Translations under genes and position numbers: made by a program
Notes under the pieces: model-generated
Databases searched by the model: none
What the model was told of the DNA's origin: nothing
What the model saw: only the letters and a program-made list of their open reading frames with translations
Assembly: GCA_963732075.1 (NCBI GenBank)
Contig: CAVSYD010000005.1
Coordinates: forward strand, 46,483-110,482
DNA length: 64,000 nucleotides
Source: an uncultured Actinomycetes bacterium
GTDB taxonomy: Bacteria > Actinomycetota > Thermoleophilia > Gaiellales > JAICJC01
Reading direction: 5' to 3'
In this document: piece by piece, positions 33,593-42,891 of the stretch
Layout of the letters: each line of letters starts with the position of its first letter
Numbering within the stretch: position 1 is the first letter of the stretch

Positions 33593-34087
33593 ATGGGCAC
33601 CGGCACCGACCCGCGCGAGTTCCCCCTCTCGGGGACGTTCCCGGCCCCGGCCTTCGTCGTCACGGCGTGTGCGGGAGACCGGCGAGGTGGCTGCCTGGTG
33701 GGCTTCGCCACCGAGGTCAGCATCTCCCCGGCCCGGTTCCTGGCCTGCATCTCGCGCCTCAACGCGACGTTCCCGGTGGCGAACTCGGCCGACCGTCTGG
33801 CGGTGCACGCGGTCACCGAGACGCAACGCGACCTGGCCGAGCTCTTCGGCGGCGAGACCGGCGACGATGTCGACAAGTTCAGTCTCTGCGAGTGGACGGC
33901 CGCGGCCGACGGCACGCCGATCCTGACGGCGTGTCCGACCTGGTTCCTCGGCCGCATCGTGGAGCGGATCGATCTCGGCGACCATGTCGGCTTCGTCCTT
34001 CACCCCGAGTCCTGGCACGACGGCGGCGCGATCACACAGCTCACGGTGCGCGAGCTGGACGAGATCGTGCCGGGGCATCCGGAGTGA
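33593..34087 (+). CDS. flavin reductase-like (FMN-binding split-barrel) protein
   Basis: FPAPAFVVTACAGDRRGGCLVGFATEVSISPARFLACIS...GDHVGFVL has the typical flavin reductase family layout. Start at ATG 33593. Confidence 0.65.
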   Translation: MGTGTDPREFPLSGTFPAPAFVVTACAGDRRGGCLVGFATEVSISPARFLACISRLNATFPVANSADRLAVHAVTETQRDLAELFGGETGDDVDKFSLCEWTAAADGTPILTACPTWFLGRIVERIDLGDHVGFVLHPESWHDGGAITQLTVRELDEIVPGHPE

Positions 34088-34156
34088 CCACGCATCCGGA
34101 CCGCGGGTGGATCCCCCGGCCACTACGATCCCGCTGGTGATGTTCCAGGGGTACGA

Positions 34157-36685
34157 GTGAACACCGTCCCGCCGGACACGTCCCAGCTGGCCGCCTTTCT
34201 CCTCGACGCGGTTGTCGAGAGCGTTCCGGTCGGAGTGCTCCTGCTCGACGGCGACCTGAACGTCATCCGCGCCAACGCGGCGCTATGCGAGTTGGTGGGA
34301 ACCGAGGAGGCGGCGCAGCTCGGCCGGTCGCTGCAGGCGGTGCTCCCGTGGATTCCCGAGGCCGCCGTGCGCCATGCGTTCGAGACCGGTGTCACTGCCG
34401 AGGACATCGCGCTCGGCACCGACGACGATGCCGGGCTGGCGCACCGGTTCACGGTCAGCCTGCGCCCCTCTCCACCGTCGCAGGCGTCCAGGCCGTGGCA
34501 TGCATCGTTCGCGATGTGGCCGACCTGGTTGCGTGGCGGCGCGGCCTGGGCGGGATCGAGCAACTCGTCGGCGCCCTCTCTGGTGCCGCCACGCAGGCCG
34601 AGGTCACCGAGATCATCCTCGAGCGCAGCCGCGATCTCATCGGCGCCGACACGGTCGCGGCCGTCCTGCATGCCGAGTCCGGCGACGAGCTCGAGATCGT
34701 GGGCACGGCCGGACTCGACGAGCGCACCGCCCGCGAGTGGAGCCGGTTCGACCTCGAGCTGCGCACGCCGACGGGGGCCGCCGTGCGCACCGGCGAGCCG
34801 ATCTTCCTCGAGGGGGATGACGCGCGCTGGGAGGAGTTCCCCGACATTCCGTTGCCCGCGGGGTTCACGGCCGCAGCCGTCCCGATCCGAGGCAGGCGGG
34901 GGGTGATCGGCGCGATCTCGTTTCGGTTCCCCCGTGGGCGCCGGCTCGAGCCTGGCGACCGCTCGGTCATGGTCACCCTCGGCGTGCACTACGGCCAGGC
35001 GCTCGACCGGGCACGGTTGTTCGAGGCGGCCGAGTCCGAGCGCCAGCGGCTCGAGGCGCTCATGGACCAGCTTCCCGTCGGCGTCGCGATCGCCGAGGCG
35101 CCGACCGGCCACATCGTCGCGGTGAACCCGAAGGCGACCGAGATCTGGCGGGCGCCCCCGGCGGGGGCGTGAGCCCATCACCGACGTCACCCCGTACATC
35201 GCGTTCCACCCGGACGGGCGCCGGTTCGACACTGGCGACTGGCCGATCGCCCGGAGCCTGGCGACCGGCGAGATCGTCGAGAGCGAGGAGATCGAGGTCG
35301 AGTTCGACGACGGTGCGCGCGGCTGGGTCAACATCAGCTCACGTCCCGTGCTCGACGCCGCCGGGCACGTGCTGGGCGCGGTCACGACGCTCGTCGACGT
35401 CACCGAGCCGCGCCGGCGCGAGACCGAGGCCCGGTTCCTCGCCGAGGCGACAGACCTCCTCACCGAGTCGCTCGACCCGGAGGAGGCGCTGCAGCGGCTC
35501 GCACGCCTCGTCGTGCCGCGGCTCGCCGACTGGTGCGCCGTCGACATCCGTGAGGGGTCGCGCATCCGCACGGTGGCGCTTGCGCACAGCGATCCTGCGA
35601 AGACCGAGCTCGGGCTCGAGCTCAACCGGCGCTATCCGACCGACCCCTCAAGCGACGCCGGCGTGGCCCTCGTGATGCGTACCGGGCGCTCGCAGCTCAC
35701 GCCGCGGCTCACCCGTGAGATGGTCGAGGCGGCGGCACCTGACGCCGAGTTCACCCGGCTCATATTCGACGAGCTCGGACTGCGCTCGGCGCTGACCGTG
35801 CCGCTGCAGGCGCGGGGCCGGCTCTTCGGGACGCTGACCCTCGTCTCGGCTGAGTCAGACCGCGTGTTCGACGAGCACGACGTGTCCTTTGCAGAGGACT
35901 TCGCGACCCACGCGGCGCTGGCCGTCGCAAACGCGCGGCTCTACGCCGAGCAGGAGCAGATCGCGAGCACGCTCCAGCGCAGCCTCCTGCCTCTGCGCCT
36001 ACCCGACCTGGCCAAGGTCGAGATGGAGGCGCGGTACCACGCGGCGGGCGAGCGAAACATGGTGGGGGGCGACTTCTACGACCTCTGGGAGATCGGCAAG
36101 GGCAGCTTCGGCATCGTCATCGGCGACGTTTGCGGCAAGGGTGCGGCGGCTGCCGCGCTGACCGCCCTGGCCCGGCACACGGTGCGCACCGCGTCGATCG
36201 CCCTGCCCGACCACCGTCCGGCCGACGTCATGCATGCGCTGAACGACGCCGTGATGAAGCGCGCCGGAAGCGGCCAGTTCTGCACGGTCGCCCACGCGTA
36301 TGCCGTGCCCGTCGCCGAGGGGTTCGATGTCACGATCGCATCCGGCGGCCATCCGCTGCCGTTCATCATCCGCGCCGACGGCACGGTGGAGCAGCCGGGC
36401 CGGCCCGGGACGCTGCTCGGCATCTTCCCCGACATCCAGGTGCACGAGCACCGCACCGTGCTGCGGGACGGCGATCAGATCGTGCTGTGGACAGATGGGG
36501 TGAGCGACCGCCGCGGCGACGGCGAGTTGTTCGGCGAGGAGCGCCTGCGGGAGCTGCTCGTCGCAAACGCGGGCCGCACGCCCGCCGAGATCGCAGACAC
36601 CGTCGAGTCGGCCGTGCTGGAGTTCTCGCAGACCCCCGCGCAGGACGACATCGCCATCGTGGTCGTGCGCATCCGTCCGGCCTAG
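34157..36685 (+). pseudogene. PAS-GAF-PAS-GAF-PP2C (SpoIIE/RsbU-like) phosphatase, two frameshifts
   Basis: PAS (VPVGVLLLDGDLNVIRANAA). Frame change near 34465 in a cccc run. GAF (ILERSRDLIGADTVAAVL...). PAS (LPVGVAIAEAPTGHIVAVNP). Frame change near 35160 in ccccc/ggggg runs. GAF, then PP2C (GGDFYD...IGDVCGKG...WTDGV). Confidence 0.8.
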
Positions 36686-36769
36686 CCGGCGGCCGATCCC
36701 GGCCGACTCCGGGATTGAGAACGTGGAAACCGGGTACACCCGCGGTGGCCACGACGAGCGAGGTGAGAC

Positions 36770-37627
36770 GTGCAGTACGGGCTGTCACTCCCAACAGGTG
36801 GAGAATGTGGAGATCCGCGCTTCCTCGTCGACCTCGCGGAGCGGGCGGAGGCCGCTGGATGGGATGGCCTCTTCCTCGAGGACTACGTCTGCTACGGCGG
36901 CGATCGGGCGACGCCGACCTGCAACGTGTGGGCGGTACTGGCGGCTCTGGCAGTGCGCACCCGGCGAATGCGACTGGGCACGGAGGTGACGCCCCTGACC
37001 CGGCGGCGGCCCTGGAACGTGGCCCGCGAGGCGGCCGCCGTCGACCAGCTCTCGGGCGGGCGCATGGTCCTCGGCGTCGGTCTGGGCGACACCGGCGAGG
37101 CGATCAACGCCGATGCGAGCTACCTCTCGTTTGGCGAGGAGGGGGACGCACGGACGCGCGGCGAGATGCTGGACGAGGGGCTCGAGATCATCGCTGGCCT
37201 CTGGGCGGGTGGGCAATTCAGCTTTCGCGGCAAGCACTACCAGGTCGATGACGTGACGTTCCTGCCGCAGCCTGTGCAGCAGCCCCGCATCCCGATCTGG
37301 ATCGGCGGCGGCTACCCAAATCCACGCCCGACGCGCCGCGCGCTGCGCTGGGATGGCTCCTGCCTTTACCGGGAGACGCATGGCGGCCCGTGGCAGGACA
37401 TGTCTCCGGACGACGTGCACGCCCTCCGCCTCGCCGCAGGCGATCGCGCATATACGATCGCTGTCGGAGGAAGTGGGCGCCGGGAGGACTGGGAGGCGGA
37501 GCGCGACCACATCCAGGCTGTGGCGGCGGCAGGCGCCGACTGGTGGATCGAGTGGGTCCCGCCGGGAGCGCGCGAGACCATGGTCGCCGCGGTCGAGCGA
37601 GGGAGCCTGCGGCCGGCGCAAGGATGA
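36770..37627 (+). CDS. LLM-class (luciferase-like) flavin/F420-dependent oxidoreductase
   Basis: GTG start preceded by GAGGTGA. AEAAGWDGLFLEDY...LGTEVTPLTRRRPWNVAREAAAVDQLSGGRMVLGVGLG is typical of the family. Confidence 0.75.
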   Translation: MQYGLSLPTGGECGDPRFLVDLAERAEAAGWDGLFLEDYVCYGGDRATPTCNVWAVLAALAVRTRRMRLGTEVTPLTRRRPWNVAREAAAVDQLSGGRMVLGVGLGDTGEAINADASYLSFGEEGDARTRGEMLDEGLEIIAGLWAGGQFSFRGKHYQVDDVTFLPQPVQQPRIPIWIGGGYPNPRPTRRALRWDGSCLYRETHGGPWQDMSPDDVHALRLAAGDRAYTIAVGGSGRREDWEAERDHIQAVAAAGADWWIEWVPPGARETMVAAVERGSLRPAQG

Positions 37628-37644
37628 GTCAGCGTGGCAGGTCC

Positions 37645-38373
37645 CTACACAGCCGCTTTCTCCGAGACATCCCTGATGAGGTCGATGGCGAGCGTCGCCT
37701 CGGCCAGGCCGATCATCGCGCCGATGGTGACCCCCAGCGCCGCCTCGTAGGCCGCGCCCGCGAGGAAGGGGTGCGGCAGGCCGGCGATGTGCAGACCGTG
37801 CAGCGCGGCGGATTCGATCAGGAGCGGAATGGTCACGACCCGGAAGGTCAACCAGAAGCTCGGCCACACCAGCCCAGCCGACCGGGCGAGGGCGGCCAAT
37901 ACTCCTTGCCGCTCGATGGCGATGACCGGCCCTGTCAGCGAAACAAGCGTGAGCGCGACCAGTCCAGGCACCAGGAACGCCAACGACAGGCCGACCGTGA
38001 CGATGATGATCAGAGCGTCGGCGGCTATCAACGACACCCACGGCAGACTGCGCACGACCTCGGACACCCGCACCACGCGGCCTCCGTGCTGGTGCTCGGA
38101 CACGATCCGTTCACTGAGCCCGCCGTAGAAGACGACGCCGGCCGAGGAGACCGCGCCCGCCAAGAGTGCGCCGACCCGGAGCACGGTCCCCAAACTCCCG
38201 CCCTGCCCGCGAGCAACGCTCTCCGCACCGAGTTGTGCGGCCGCGTCGGCGACACCGCCGATGGAAAACACGAGGAGCGCCATCGGCCCGAGCACACGAA
38301 ACCGATCCCGATACGTCGCGAATGCGCGACCGAAGATCGACCTCGCTGTGTAACGGACGGGATTGGGTGACAT
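37645..38373 (-). CDS. polytopic membrane protein, hypothetical
   Basis: ORF track. About six hydrophobic segments. No family recognised. Confidence 0.6.
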   Translation of the reverse strand: MSPNPVRYTARSIFGRAFATYRDRFRVLGPMALLVFSIGGVADAAAQLGAESVARGQGGSLGTVLRVGALLAGAVSSAGVVFYGGLSERIVSEHQHGGRVVRVSEVVRSLPWVSLIAADALIIIVTVGLSLAFLVPGLVALTLVSLTGPVIAIERQGVLAALARSAGLVWPSFWLTFRVVTIPLLIESAALHGLHIAGLPHPFLAGAAYEAALGVTIGAMIGLAEATLAIDLIRDVSEKAAV

Positions 38374-38434
38374 CCGGAAATCTCAAGGTACCGCCACGGC
38401 CGCGACGGCTTCGGAGGAACCGTTTCTCGCGAAC

Positions 38435-38716
38435 CTAGCTGGCCGATTTGGATCCTGCATTGACTCGGACATGTGTCCCGCCGGCGAGGAGCAGCCACCC
38501 GACGAGGTTCCCGGGCCGGCGGGTGGCGACGAGGCCGCCCACGCTCGCGTAGGCGACTCCCAGGATCGTCACGGCGGCGTCGTGGCCAAAGGGCGCCGTG
38601 AGACCCGCGTTGCCGCCGAGGTTGACCGCGTTCAGGGCGAGCGAGGCCGCGCCGGCCGTCGCGGCGACCGCCCACCCGGCGATCGCGACGCCCGACCGCT
38701 GCCAGGAGCTTGCCAT
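38435..38716 (-). CDS. 93-aa membrane fragment resembling the N-terminus of an actinobacterial sensor kinase (probable remnant)
   Basis: AVTILGVAYASVGGLVATRRPGNLVGWLLLAGG, then an abrupt stop. No kinase core follows. Confidence 0.4.
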   Translation of the reverse strand: MASSWQRSGVAIAGWAVAATAGAASLALNAVNLGGNAGLTAPFGHDAAVTILGVAYASVGGLVATRRPGNLVGWLLLAGGTHVRVNAGSKSAS

Positions 38717-38845
38717 CGCGCAAAACGTACCCCAGCGGGGGTTACGGGACCGTTACGGCCCCAGGCGATCGTCTTCGACTGCCTGTGGACGCATCTTTGG
38801 CTACGGACATCCGACTGCCGACGGTGGGGCAACCCTGGAAACAGC

Positions 38846-38871
38846 GAAACCCGCCTTTTCAAGCGGGTTTC
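38846..38871 (-). terminator. hairpin downstream of tRNA-Leu
   Basis: GAAACCCGC, 8-nt loop, GCGGGTTTC (9-bp stem), 5 nt beyond the tRNA 3' end. Confidence 0.5.
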
Positions 38872-38876
38872 GTGCA

Positions 38877-38963
<87 letters not shown>

Positions 38964-38991
38964 CGGGCCTGCGAGCAGGCAGTCTACCGCC

Positions 38992-39229
38992 CTAGAGCAG
39001 GAAGCCGAGCGCGATCACGTTCGCGGTGAAGAGGATGCCGACCAGGACGGTGAGGCGGGTCAGGTTGCGCTCCATCACCGCGGTGCCGCCGTAGCTCGAT
39101 CCGCCCGGGTTGAGCATGCCCGAGAGGCCCGGCATCCTTGCCCGAGTGCATCAGCACCAGCACGATCAGGCCGACGCCGAGCAGGACCTGAAGCCCGGAC
39201 AGGATCTGTGAAAGGAGGTGCGACGACAT
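38992..39229 (-). pseudogene. secG: preprotein translocase subunit SecG with a 1-nt insertion
   Basis: MSSHLLSQILSGLQVLLGVGLIVLVLMHSGKDAG, then after one extra base at gccgggcctctcg the frame reads LSGMLNPGGSSYGGTAVMERNLTRLTVLVGILFTANVIALGFLL*. Length is 238 nt. Confidence 0.8.
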
Positions 39230-39269
39230 CGGCCGAAAGTCTACCAGCGGCGCCCGGAATGTCTGTCTC

Positions 39270-40288
39270 TCAGCGCACCGCGACGGTGCCCGGCGCACCC
39301 TCCGCCAGCCGCCCGATCACCGGCCACGGCAGGCCGGCCGCGCGCTCGGCGGGGAGGCTGACGAAGAGGCCGCCGGAGGTCTGGGCGTCGCAGACCAGCA
39401 GCCGGTCGACCTCGCTCAGACCCGGCGCGAACTCGGCGTACTCGGCGGCCAGATCCAGGTTGGTGCGCGTCCCGCCGGGCACGTGACCCGCCTCGATCAG
39501 CTCGCGCACGCCGGGCAGCAGGCGGCACCGCACTCCAGTCGATCTGCGCCTGCAGGCCGGCACCGGCCGCGCAGCTCGCGGGCGTGGCCGACCAGGCCGA
39601 AGCCCGTCACGTCGGTGACCGCGTGCGGCGCGTGCGGCCCGCACCAGCCGGGCGGCCTCGGCGTTCAGCGTGGTCATCGACTCGACCGCCGCCTCGGCCA
39701 CCACGCCGCGGGCGGCTCGCCGCGCTTGAGGGCGGTGGTGACGATGCCCGTGCCGATCGGCTTGCTCAGCACCAGCACGTCGCCGGCCCGCCCGCCGGCG
39801 TTCGTCCAGATCTCGTCGGGGTGCGCGAAGCCGGTCACCGCCATCCCGTACTTGGGCTCGGGATCGTCGATCGAGTGGCCACCGGCGACGACCGCGCCCG
39901 CCGCCGCGGCGACGTCCGCCCCGCCGCGCAGGATCTCGCCGAGCAGCTCCATCGGCAGCGTCTTGGGGAACGCGACGACGTTCGAGCGCGAACGCCGGCC
40001 GCGCGCCCATCGCGTAGATGTCGGAGAAGGCGTTGGTCGCCGCGATCCGGCCGAACTGGTAGGGGTCGTCCACGAGCGGCGTGAAGAAGTCGATCGTCTG
40101 CACCACCGCCAGACTCGTCGGAGACCGCCACACCGCGGCGTCGTCCAGCCCCTCGTTGCCGACCATCAGCTCGGCCGACGCGAACCGGGGCAGCCCCGCC
40201 AGCACCTCGCGCAGCGATCCGGCCGGCAGCTTGCAGGCGCAGCCGGCGCCGTGGGAGAGCTGGGTCAGGCGGACGGCTGAGTGGACAT
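39270..40288 (-). pseudogene. selD: selenide, water dikinase (SelD, Cys type), at least four frameshifts
   Basis: RLTQLSHGAGCACKLP, VGNEGLDDAAVW, IDFFTPLVDDPYQFGRIAATNAFSDIYAMGA, GGHSIDDPEPKYGMAVTG, LVLSKPIGTGIVTTALK, AVTDVTGFGLVGHA-type segment, GGTRTNL. These are spread over three frames. Confidence 0.8.
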
Positions 40289-40354
40289 CGCCCGTTCAGT
40301 GTATGCCGGACGCACACCGCGACCGTCCCGGCGGCACGGGCGTAAACTGGGAGC

Positions 40355-41343
40355 ATGAAGACGCGCGAGTTCGGGACGTGCGGCATCACCGCCTCCGAGG
40401 TCGGGTTCGGCCTGTGGACGATCTCGACCGGCTGGTGGGGCGACGACTCCGACGAGAGCGCCATCGCGCTCCTCCGCGAGGCGTTCGACCTCGGGCATCA
40501 CGCTCTACGACACCGCCGACACGTACGGCGAGGGCCGCGGCGAGACGGCTGCTCCAGAAGGCGCTCGGCGACGTGCGCGACCAGATCACCATCGCGACCA
40601 AGTTCGGGTACGACATCTACTCGCCGTGGGAGCGCAAGGGCCACGTCGAGCGGCCGCACGACTGGTCGCCCGAGTACGTCCGCTATCGCGCTCGAGCAGA
40701 GCCTGGCACGGCTCGGCACCGACGCATCGACTCTACCAGCTGCACAACCCGCGGCATGGACGCGATCCAGTCCGACGACGGTGTTCGCGGTGCTCGAGGA
40801 GGCCAGGCGGCGGGCAAGATCCGCGGCTACGGCGTCGCGCTCGGGCCGGCGATCGGCTGGCGCGACGAGGGCGCTCGGGCGCTTCCGCAACCGGCACATG
40901 GCCGCCGCCCAGATCATCCACAACATGCTCGAGCAGGATCCCGGCCGCGAGCTGATCGACGGCCGCCCGGGAGGCGTCGTCGGCCTCATGATCCGCGTCC
41001 CCCACTCGTCGGGCATGCTCGAGGGGCACTACACGCGCGACACGGTGTTCGCCGAGAACGACCATCGCCGCCACCGGCCCAAGGAGTGGCTGACCGAGGG
41101 CCTGCGCAAGGTCGAGACGCTCGGGTTCCTGACCGAGGGCCGCACGCTCGGCCAGGCGGCGATCCAGTGGCTGCTGGCCGAGCCGGCCGTGACCACGGTG
41201 CTGCCGAACATCTACAACTCCGAGCAGCTGCACGAGTTCGCGGCCGCGCCGGACACGCCCGCGCTCACGGCCTACGAGCTCGCGCACGTGGCCGAGCTCT
41301 ACGCGAACGACTTCGCCCCGAGCCGGCCGCGACCGGCGCCTGA
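40355..41343 (+). pseudogene. aldo/keto reductase, at least five frameshifts
   Basis: MKTREFGTCGITASEVGFGLWT, TLYDTADTYGEGRGE, LGDVRDQITIATKFGY, ALEQSLARLGTD, LYQLHNP, GKIRGYGVALG, QIIHNMLEQDPG, VPHSSGMLEG. These are spread over three frames. Confidence 0.75.
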
Positions 41344-41739
41344 TCCTCGGCGAGCAGGGCGACCAGCTCGGAGCGCTCGGGCGGGGCGACCAGCGCCGCC
41401 GGACGACGCCGTCGGCGTCGACTAGAGCACCGTCGGCGTCGACCGCAGCGCCCAGCCGCTCGGCGGGCGCGCCGCCGCCGAGCTCGATCACGGTCACGCG
41501 TCCGGCGAGGTGCGCGGCGCGGCCGCGAGCCGGTTCAGCGACACCCGCGACGACGTCGAATAGGGGGTCGAGAACTGCACGAAGGCCCCCTGCGGCGGGA
41601 ACCGCTCGAGACCGAGCTGGGCCGCGGCCAGACGGGTGGGCACGATCGGGATCGTCCGCCGCCTGCGGCGGACGAGCGCAGCACGGGAGACGCCTGCGAT
41701 ACCGGCGCACCCCCCGACCAGCACCAGCCACTCGATCAT
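41341..41739 (-). pseudogene. membrane-anchored thioredoxin-like protein, frameshifted, with SxxS in place of CxxC; 3' boundary uncertain
   Basis: MIEWLVLVGGCAGIAG (TM), then AFVQFSTPYSTSSRVSLNRL, and in another frame AGRVTVIELGGGAPAERLG...DADGVVRRR. Confidence 0.4.
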
Positions 41740-42855
41740 CTGGGCGACACGATAGCGGGCCGAACCGCCCTGGATCGGACGGCGTGTGTCACAGAAGCGT
41801 CACCGATCTGCAACTGCATCTTTCGGGGGACTGTCCCCGGTTGGGGTGAGCGTGAGGTTGCGGCGCGGGCGAGCACCGCCTCGACGCGCTCGGCCTGCAG
41901 CGGGAGGGCATGCTCGGCGGCCACACGCACGGCCTCGCGGCAGGGCACCGGCAGAGCGGCGGCGGCCATCATGCCCGCGGCGATCGAGTCGACGTCGAGC
42001 GGGTCGACCAGCGCGCCGCAACGGGCGTTGAGCACCTCGGCCGGGCCGCCGACGCGGGTCGCCACCACCGGCCGGCCGCGCGCCAGCGCCTCGAGCATGG
42101 CCTGTCCCTGTGGCTCCTCGAGGCTGGGCAGGCAGACGACGTCCGCGGCCGCGATCTCGTCGGCCACGCCCTCGGCAGAAAGCCGGCCCGCGAAGCGCGT
42201 CCCCACCGGCGCGGCCACGCGCAGCGACTCCTCGAGCGGCCCTCCGCCGACGATCGTCAGCGTCCCCCCGCCCAGCTTGGCGAACGCCTGCAGCAGACGC
42301 TCGACGTTCTTGCGCCGCGTCAGCGAGCCGATGAACAGGAACCGGGGGCCGATGCCGGGTGCTCCGGGCGCCCGCGGCACCGGCCGCAGCCGATCGGTGT
42401 CGACGCCGCAGTCGATCACCTCGACCGCGACGTCGTCTGGCGCCGCCAGCATCTTCGCCACGTAGGCGGACACGCACACGACGGCCGCCGCACGCCGCAG
42501 CACCGGCTTGGTCAGCGCCGCGACCACCGGGCTGCTTGCGCATGTTGCGCACGTCGGTGCCGTGGGCGGTGATCACATAGGGCACGCCGGTCGCGATTGC
42601 CACCAGGCCGGTCGGCACCAGAAAGTGCGCATACACGACGTCGGGCCGGTGCGCCGCGACGGCGGCTCTGGCCTGGCGGGTCAGCCCGGCATACGCCCAC
42701 GGCGTCGAGACCGGGCCCCGCTCGCCGGCCTGAAGCCCCACGCGGCGGACGTCATGGCCGCGCTCCTGCAGCGCGTCGGCCATGCGGGCGACGAACACCC
42801 CGTACTCCGGCCGCTCGGGGCTCGGGTACATGTTGCTCACTAGCAGGATCCGCAT
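41736..42855 (-). pseudogene. GT4-family glycosyltransferase, one frameshift near 42525
   Basis: MRILLVSNMYPSPERPEYGVFV...VITAHGTDV in one frame. VCVSAYVAKML...FLFIGSLTRRKNV...LPSLEEPQGQAMLEALARGRPVVATRVGGPAEV in a second. Confidence 0.75.
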
Positions 42856-42891
42856 GCGCCAAGTGTAGAGGGTTCATTAGTGATGCCGGGC

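Noticed and set aside
38717-38876. Prophage or island integration at tRNA-Leu.
   Set aside because: No integrase, no repeat of the tRNA 3' end and no compositional shift were visible around the tRNA. Only a truncated kinase-like ORF is present, which I reported as a low-interest finding.
40262-40288. In-frame TGA seven codons into selD, considered as a possible selenocysteine codon.
   Set aside because: The SelD active-site Cys/Sec position (GAGCACK) lies downstream in a different frame. Reading through the TGA gives non-SelD sequence. A frameshift is the simpler explanation.
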